From the NCBI RefSeq assembly GCF_026210795.1, contig NC_089434.1:310001-374000 (forward strand): 64,000 bases of DNA, in the 5' to 3' direction. Positions 55,361 through 64,000 of the stretch are shown here, piece after piece. The DNA comes from Rhizophagus irregularis (taxonomy: Eukaryota). The first letter of the stretch is position 1, and every line of letters starts with the position of its first letter. The translations under genes were made by a program, and so were the position numbers. The notes beneath the pieces were generated by a model. That model searched no databases. It saw only the letters and a list, made by a program, of their open reading frames with translations, and was not told the origin of the DNA.

Positions 55361-56169
55361 AAAATTATTAAAAGATAAATAGAGAAAATTTTCGCAACTT
55401 AAAATAATCATGGTTTTATTTTATTCAGAACATAAGAACATTTATTTTAAAATGCTTATAATTTTTAATAAAAATTATACCAAGAAACATTTATCTTAAA
55501 TAGTATTTATTATCATGACTCTTTTTAGTATTTAATAGAATTTATTGTTAGTTTTTTTTTTTAGTAAAATAAAACAGATTATTTTAAAAATTTAACGCTT
55601 TAATTTGATTTTTCACAGTATTCGCGAGCATACTAGTATTTTATCAAAAAATATTTATCTTATATTAATTTTTTGCCATAGAAATATTTCACAATGACAA
55701 AAAAAAAAATAATTGAATTTTTTTATGATGTAAAAATAAACTAAACCAAATTATTTATTAAATGTTAGGCAAACAGGATAAAGAATTATTTTATTCTTTT
55801 TTTAAATAAACTTATATGATATCAAAAGAATAAATTAAAATTTATAATCTTGAACGGCGATAGTTTATTAAATAAAAAGGATGAAAGATAAAATTAATTT
55901 AAAATGAGAATAGATAGTTTCATGAATTTTCATTGAAATTTTTAAATCTGAATATTCAAACCTAGTATTATAATAATTTTATTTCTGTCAAGCGCTAAAT
56001 TATGAATTTAGTTGAAAGAAATTTCAAATTAACAGTTTATCCAAATTTTAAGGAAAAGCCAGAACAAACTAAACTAATGTGATGTTTTATGTTGTCAGAT
56101 TTAAAAAATTTGATAGATTTCTTTTGGTAATAAGAAAAAGGTTATCAAAATTGGGACCCGCTAAATTTT

Positions 56170-56457
56170 ACCAGTGGTGATTATGAGATTATCACCACTT
56201 AATTCCGGCCAAAAAATTACAATTTGGCCAGAGTTAAAAAATACTGATCGCAAAATTTTAACTTAAATAATAAATTTTGCAATTTTCTTGAAAAACAACC
56301 ATTTGACTTTAGACAAATCTCTTCTTCTTGTAAATTTACATATAGAATAACTGTTTAATATGTGTAGTAGTTGATTATTATTTAATTAAATATTAATCTT
56401 ATAAAATTCAAAAAATCGGACTGGTAAAAATCACCGGTGATGACAATCACCACTGGT
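56170..56457. mobile_element. MITE-like element, ~290 bp
   Basis: Inverted ends ACCAGTGGTGAT (left) and ATCACCACTGGT (right) with repeated ATCACC motifs. No TSD was found. Confidence 0.45.
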
Positions 56458-57972
56458 GACATTTTGACATTCTCTAAGAATAATATATTTAAAAAAAGAA
56501 AAATAATTTGTGAAAATTTTCATTGCGAAATTAAAACTTTTATCCGAATGAATACTGTACAATTGAAAATTTTTATTTATTTATTTATTTTATGGAGTAT
56601 AATTGAAAATTATTTCATTGATTAATTTTAATTCGTGATCATTAACGTAAGATCACGTTATTATTACAGCAGTAAAAATTTCAATTCTGGTTGACCATTT
56701 TCATAAATAATCGGCCGGAAATCCTATATCGAATAGTATATTAAACATCGGCTCAGTTAATTTTCTAAAAATTCGCTAATGCCTAATTTCTATCAGTTGA
56801 ATTTCGAGATTTCGATCATACTGTAATATCATTATAGTTCGTATTGAACATCATTTACATCAAAATTACATGAAGTTATCTAGTTCTACTGTATGTAATC
56901 ACTAAGCATTCTCAGATCTTAATATATAAATATGGCGAATATGGCGTAAGTACCGTATATACAGGGATAAGGTGTATACTTATTAGCTGTACACATTTTT
57001 TAAGGGTTAGGAATTATGATAACGTCAGCTGATCTACATTAGTAAACTTCGAATATGAGAACAATTAATGTTAGTTTAGCAGCCATTCTCATCTTAGTAG
57101 AGTCTAGAGTTTATTATTTTAACCTTGTAATTTATATAATAATTGTGTATATGATTTCAATACATTTTTAAAGGACAAAATAATAATTAATATTACTCAC
57201 CCAAATATTAGTAAATGGGAATTAAATGTTTTCAATATTTTTATATTTCGTTACAACCAATGATGAAATAAATTGTAATTTAAATTTTAACATGATTATT
57301 AAATTATCCATACATTCCACACATTTAATTTTTTAATGATCCAATATTTTGTAATAGTCATTAAATTATATATTAAAATTATTTTCAAATACTGCATTTA
57401 TATCAATTAACCAAAATATCCATGATCGTTAACGATAATATCACGTGATTTACTGTAATTCAGCCAGAATTATGATGGTTTCGTTTAAGCATTAATTTGA
57501 TGGCTAAAAATGCACGTGATAAATTGATATAAAGCTGAAATATTTTTGTACTTACTTACTTTATATTATTGAAAGAGTTAATTTTATTACGTTCTTTTAA
57601 TGATCCTTTATACAGTAATTGAACACAATTTAACGAACAAATCATATCCACTTTGTTCAAATATAAAAATTTTAATCATTAATTGGCCCTATCGTTACAA
57701 CAGTGTTACAACTTATTTATTATAAACTCATTAAATTAGTATTAAACTTCTCACTCCAATAATTTTATTTGCAGTAAATCAAAATTTATGTTATCGAAAA
57801 AGTTAAACTACTTATTTAATGAATAACGAAGTTATAACAATAATAATATCATAGTGAATTATTTAAATTACAAACTAAGAATTTTGTAAAAAATTTTACC
57901 TACTCTATACTTAGTGTTTAATAATTCTAAATAAAAAAAAGTAATAATATATTCCGTCGAATATTAAGTAAT

Positions 57973-60360
57973 TTAAAATCCATCTAAATTAATTAATTAA
58001 TTAATTAATAAATAAAATACAAAATGAATATAGTTGCAAAAATATAAAGAACATATGGTGAAGCAATATGAAATACTTACCATCTGGAATTTCGAATACA
58101 TCATCTTCTTCTGAATGAAAGTTTTTATCATCATAAATTTCATCTTCATCTATAAAAAAAAAGATATACTATATAAAACGAATATTACATAATTAATCAT
58201 TATTGCAATTTTACGTACCTTTAATGTTGAGATTATATTGCTTTATTTGTTGTTGTTCAACTATTTCTTTTCCGTAATTAATTTGATTATCTATAAAAAA
58301 TGTAAAATATGTTATATTTCAAGGAATGGGAATTTTAATCAAATACAGAATAATTATCTACTTGCCATTATTTGATTTTATTTGTAATTTTTTAAATACT
58401 TTAGAGAATTTTTTACTCATGCCTAAAAATTATTAAGACAGTCAAATTAATAATTATAATTGTTACAAATTAAAAATCAAACAACTATAAGTTCATATTG
58501 TTACAAAAAAAAAAATTAGTAATATTTAAATGATTAATTACCTTTTAAAATACTACTTGCTTTGAATGTGCCAGCATAATTTTGATTACTCGGATTGTTA
58601 AAATCTTCAACTAGTAATAATAAAAAATAATTAATAATTTGCATTGTATATATCAATATATTTAATTACTTACTATTATCTGGAATATTAAAGCAATCAT
58701 ATGATTTACTATGAAATGCTATTAAAAATGATTTTTTTTTTTAAAGTTAAAAAAAGACAATCAAATATTTCACATATTTTTATAAATATTCATTATTTTT
58801 ACCTTCTTGTTCTTCTATTATTATTTAAATTAAAAACAATATTAATATTTTTAAAAACGAACTATTAATTGTTAATAAATATAATAAATATTAAAATATA
58901 CCTTCTGTTGCATTTTTTGGTTCAGGTAAGTTTTTGAATTGATGAATTTTACTTGAAAATGATTTGCTACTTATATGTTTTGACATTGTATTGTTTATTA
59001 GTTTGTTTTTTTTCAAGTTATTATTTGTTTCTTGTTGAAGTATTTCATTTGATATATTTTGATAAAATTGCAGAAGTGCATAAAATTCATCTTCAAGTGT
59101 ATCAATATCAGGCCTTTTTGATGGATCAGCATCCCAACATTGTTTCATTAAATTTTCATATTTTAAAGGAGTTTCTGATATTACTTTTGGCCTCATTCCA
59201 TTAATTATATTCAATGCAAGATGATAATCATTTTTATAATAACTAAAAGGGGGTTGTCCAGATGAAATTTCCCACATTAACATTCCAATACTATAAACAT
59301 CAGATTTTTTGGTAGTATTCTTTCCAGAAATAACTTCTGGTGCTATGTAAGGAAGATTACCATATATACTTTCTGTCGATTTATCTGCAGGTCCACAAAA
59401 TCCAAGATCACTAATAAACCAATCTTGATTCATATTTGAATATAATATATTTCCAGAATGTAAATCTCTATGAATTGCATTTTCCCCGTGAATAATCTTG
59501 AGTGCAAGAGTTATATAATAAGCAATTTTTATTCTTTCTTTCCATGAAAGTTGGTTTTGAGTTTGTTGTAAATATTTCCTTAAATCTATATCTGCTTTCT
59601 CTATTACAAGCATATAATTTCCATTTGATAGATTTTGTGTTAAACCAAAACATTGAACAATTTGTGACCATTTATTGCTTATTTTAAAGTGTGATTCAGC
59701 CTATATCATATATATAAAATTTATTATTTACAAAAACTGAGAGTAACAAAATAACATTCAATTACAAACCTCTTCAAACCATCTTCTATTTGCATTTTCA
59801 ACATTTTCTAATCCTTTAAGTATTACTTTTTCTGTACCAATTCTTATTAATTTTTGTTCTTTATAATTCCATTCTTTATATCCTCCATCAATCCACTCTG
59901 CTGTATAAATTTCAGAAAATCCACCTTTTGTTAAATATTCAATATTTTGTAAGTTATTATATGGAATCCATTCAATTATAGTATCTGGTCTAAGTGTTTC
60001 AATTTGACATTTTTGTATTAAATTATCAATATCATTATTTCCAGATGTCCAATTTGAAAAGTTTGCTTTTAAATAATTTTGAACACAATATTCACAATAT
60101 AATGTAGCTAAACATTCTTGGTTACAATTTTCACAAGTTCTTCTTGTCCCATAATTATATTTAACTTTATACCTGTCATATGTCTTATTCAAATCTTTTA
60201 TTGCATAAGTTTTTTCATTATTTGTAAGAGATTTATCATCAAGTATAGTTTGTTTTTTAAATTCATGTATTTTATGAAAATCATCATAAATATTATAATC
60301 TATTGATGTAATTGCTCTATTAATTGCAGCATGAACTAATTCATATCGAATATCAGACAT
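57973..60360 (-). CDS. TKL-type protein kinase K6, 9 exons, inverted relative to the other intact copies
   Basis: ORFs 59758-60360 and 58891-59613 plus tail exons ending DGF* at 57973. Confidence 0.92.
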
Positions 60361-61279
60361 AATGATAAGATGGTACTGTGAAAAAAAAATTTAAAATAAT
60401 TTGTAGCTTAAAAAAAAAGAGCGGAGTTTTTCATCCGTTTTATGTATTACCAAATGTTGTGTGACTATCATGTGACTAAATACAAAATGAACAAACGAAT
60501 TTAGTAAGAGCGTCCTTACTCCTTAACCTAAGACTCGGGTTAAACCTTCTTAAATTTAATTGGTTTGTAATGTGACACAAAATTCATTAATCCCGTTGAA
60601 TAAGACTTGGGTAGTATTAGAAAATTTTTGCACTTAAAATAGTAATTTATAAAGTTAATAATTTCTTTTTTTTTTATTCAAAACATAAGAAAATTTATTT
60701 TAAAATGCTTATAATTTTAATAAAATATTTGCCAAGAAATATTATTTCTTATCATGACTCTTTTTATTTAATAGATTTATTGTTAGTTTCTTTTTTTAGT
60801 AATATAAAATAAATTATTTAAAAATTTAACGCTTTTATTTGATTTTTCACAGTATTCGTGAGTATAGTATTTTATCAAATAATATTTATCTAATATTAAT
60901 TTTTATTTCACTGACAAAAAAAAAAATTGTTGAATTTTTTTATGACAGAAAAAGTGACGTAAAATAAACTAAATCAAATTATTTATTAAATGTTAGACAA
61001 ACAGGATAAGAATTATTTTATTCTTTCTTTACAAAATAAACTTAAATATCAAAAGAATAAATTAAAATTTATAATCTTGAACGGCGATAGTTTATTAAAT
61101 AAAAATGATGAAAGATAAAATTAATTTAAAATGAGAATAGTTTCATGAATTTCCATTAAATTTTTTAGATCTGAATATTCAAACTCTAGTTCGGATTGGC
61201 ATATTTTTTATCTATTTTGGGTTTGGTCAGTTGGTCTTGACTGAACAAATAAATTATCAGCGAAAAACCCCTATATAAA

Positions 61280-63160
61280 TTGTGTCATGTGATACACTTA
61301 ATATGATAATCGCCGTCTTTTTTAAGCTTTCGTCCTTCTTCCCTTTCTTCCTTTTCCTCCTTTTTCCTTCCTTTTTGCTCCTCTTCCGCCCTTCCTCCTC
61401 TTCCATATCTTCCATCCTTCCTCCTTTTCCCTCTCTATTTTCTTTGTCTTTCCCTCGTCTTTTCACTTTTATCACTTTTCTAATAAAAAATTTCTTAACG
61501 AAACGTTTTGAATTTTTTTCCTTTTTAGGTGCTTCCTTGCACGCGAAATTTTGGTTAATTGTTTATATTTTAAAGAACAGTTTCTAACACTTTCTTTTTT
61601 TAGGTTAATCACTTGGAGCACTTTGGATATTGAATTTAGAACTCGGTAAGTAAAAATTGTTTTTTTCTTTTAATTTTATTTAACGAACTTTGCTAATAAT
61701 AATTCGTTTTTTTTCTTTTCAGGCGGCCAGCTCTTCAGGATATTTGGACGCATGTTGAGAATTTGTTAAGAGATAGAAATGGGTGATATTTTTTATTATT
61801 CTTTGACAACTAATGTTTCGATCTTTTCTTTTTTTTAGGCAGCTTGTCTTTGGACACGTAGGAAGGGTTTCTTAGGTAAATACCTTTGGAAGCGAATTTT
61901 TAAAATATTTATTTTAATGAAAACGTTTTGCATATATTTGCTAACCTTTTCATTTTTTTTTTGTATGTCCAGGACGCCCATTTTGAAGGTCAGACTCATT
62001 TCGAAGGTACGAAACTTCTTTTTTTTATAATGGAACGTTAATTAATGTTTCGAGCTTGCATTTGTAGTTTAAACAGCTTTTCAACACGTTTGGATGTACA
62101 TGAATTTTGGTGAGTAGGGTGAGGGGGTTTTAATACTTTTTTTTAACAAAATATTGCTAACGTTTTGTTATTTTTTTTTAGGAATCCGATTAGTAAGTTA
62201 GCCCATCTATAAGCTTTGAAAGTAATGTTACCTACAGATTTTTTTGGTTTTTTTTATGAGAACAGGTTTACTAACTGTTTTCTACTTTTTTTTTGTAGGG
62301 TTTACCTTCGAATTAGCTTTTCCTTGGTAGATGGTAAGTTTTGAAGTTCATTTAACTTCAAAACTTTAATCTTTTTTTAAAAGAAACAATTTACTAATCG
62401 TTTCTTTCTTCTTTATTGCAGGTTTCCACCTTGCATTTTTGGTTAGGTAAGTTTCAAAATATTTAGAAACTTTTGAAAAAATTTTTCATTAAGAAATCAG
62501 TATACTAACCATTTCTTTATTTGGTTTTCTTCAGATTTTTGATTTTTGTTAGATAGTTGGGTAAGTTTCAAAATTTCGAAATTTTAAATTGAAGAATCGT
62601 TACCTTATTAATTTTTTACTTTATAGGTTCTTTGGATTTTTGCTGTATGTGCGCGTAAGTTTCGAATTTTCAAACTTTAAATTTTTTTATTGAAGAACTG
62701 TTAACGTTAATTAACAGTTTCTTTATTTTTTTGTAGGTCTTCCTTCGAATTTTCTCTGGATGGGCAAGTAAGTTTCAAAACATTTCAAACTATTTTTTTT
62801 TTTATTAAAGAAATGGACTAACCATTTTCTTTTATTTTTTTTTGTGGGTTTCTTTTCAAATTTTTATTGTATGGATGGTAAACTTTTGAAATATCGAAAC
62901 TTTTAACTTTTTTATTGAAGAAACGTTATACCAATCATTTCTTCTTTTTATTTTGTAGGTTTTTCTTCAAATTTATGTTAGACAAGTTGGTAAGTTTTGA
63001 ATATTGAAACTTAAATTTCTTTTATTGAAGAAACTTTGAACTAATCGATTCTTCATTTGTAGATTTCTCCAGATCTTTACTTTTATCGAGTTGGTGTGAA
63101 TAGTGGATGGTGAATGGTGGATGGTGGATGGCGGGTGGCGGGTGGCGGGTGGCGGGTATG
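61280..63160 (+). ncRNA. Putative multi-micro-exon spliced transcript with no long ORF (array B)
   Basis: About 14 exons of 11-60 nt are bounded by (Y)nAG and GTAAGT-type signals with CTAAC/CTAAT branch points. Coordinates are given in the findings. Confidence 0.55.
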
Positions 63161-63572
63161 CTTAAAAAATCAGAAAAAAATACAAACGTAAATCGTAATT
63201 CCTTTTTTCTTTTACTATAATTCAATTTATTATAATTTTTTTTGTAATTCGAATTCTTATATATTTTTTGTAATTTATAATTCAATTTTTTTGTACATTT
63301 CGCTTTTTTTATTAAAATTATAATATATTGGTAAAAAATAAATAAATGTCTGCTAATACAAAACGACAAAATCAATGATTTACGATCCTAATAAAAATAT
63401 CAATTATATTTTATTTAATAATTAATTTAATTAATTTTCACTTTTCTTAAAAAAATTGACCTGTCTAATCCGTTGACCTAAAATATTATGTGGAGTCAAA
63501 TGGGTCAAATGAGTCAGGTCAGGTTGAATACCTGACCCAATCTGACCGACTCTTTCTGAACACTAAATTGCG

Positions 63573-63870
63573 TAGGAAGATTCAAGAAAGTGAAAATATA
63601 TACAGTATATTTTTTTTTTTAAAAAAAAAGGATTTTTTTTCATCGTGTAGGAAGATTGAAGAAAGTAAAAATATATACATTTTATTTTTTTTAAAAAAAA
63701 AGGATTTTTTTTTGTCATGTGAGAAGATTTAAGAAAGTGAAATATATATATTTTATTTAAAAAAAAAAAGGGATTTTTTTTCGTCATGTGGGAAGATTTA
63801 AGAAAGTGAAAATATATATTTGTTTTTTTTTAAAAAAAAAAAGGATTTTTCGTCATGTGGGAAATCCAAA
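63573..63870. repeat. Tandem minisatellite, ~70-bp unit, ~4 copies
   Basis: The unit is GGAAGATT.AAGAAAGTGAAAATATATA.(T)n(A)nGGATTTTTT..TCATGTG. Confidence 0.85.
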
Positions 63871-64000
63871 AAAACTGAAAAATTTTTTTTCTGAAAATCA
63901 ATGACGATTTCTAAAAAAAACAATGATGATTTCTCATGTGAAAATTTTATTGTCACAATTAAATTATTTTTATAGTTTAAATTTAAATATGTAAACTAGA

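Noticed and set aside
62299..63062. CRISPR-like alternation of conserved and variable ~30-nt segments
   Set aside because: The context is eukaryotic, there are no cas genes, and the conserved parts are degenerate spliceosomal intron signals rather than identical repeats.
61554..63062. snoRNAs within the array B introns
   Set aside because: The introns are short and U-rich, and I could not find convincing paired C/D or H/ACA boxes.
61185..63564. A single TIR element enclosing array B (TAGTTCGGA ... TCTGAACACTA)
   Set aside because: The right end looks hAT-like, but the left match is weak and there is no TSD, so the boundaries are unsupported.

Overview
This is very AT-rich eukaryotic DNA with short spliceosomal introns. 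The gene content (HRDLHSGN-type tyrosine-kinase-like kinases, BTB-BACK-TLDc proteins, Crypton, Helitron) points to an arbuscular mycorrhizal fungus (Glomeromycotina, Rhizophagus-like); this assignment is inferred. The backbone of the window is a locally amplified array of 9-exon TKL kinase genes. There are four apparently intact copies (K1 2539-4876+, K4 36702-39060+, K5 41284-43664+, K6 57973-60360-), one nonsense-mutated copy (K2 19373-21711+), one copy cut by the window edge (K0), and two kinase-less deletion relics (K3, K7). Interspersed are an intact intron-containing Crypton-type tyrosine recombinase, a SAM methyltransferase, BTB genes and pseudogenes, a Uma2-like nuclease gene, an orphan ORF, a decayed Helitron, two retro-insertions with TSDs, several MITEs with readable TIRs and TSDs, and a 3-kb CACTG-ended element. 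Three signals stand out. (1) Two or three loci are built from many 11-60-nt micro-exons with canonical splice signals but no long ORF; one sits inside the CACTG element, and one has hairpins over the 5' splice sites. (2) The kinase paralogues are nearly invariant except for hypervariable residues that follow helical periodicity. (3) The kinase tail is built entirely from symmetric phase-1 micro-exons, with GT/GC donor switching between copies. Exon boundaries were read by eye and are not supported by transcript data.
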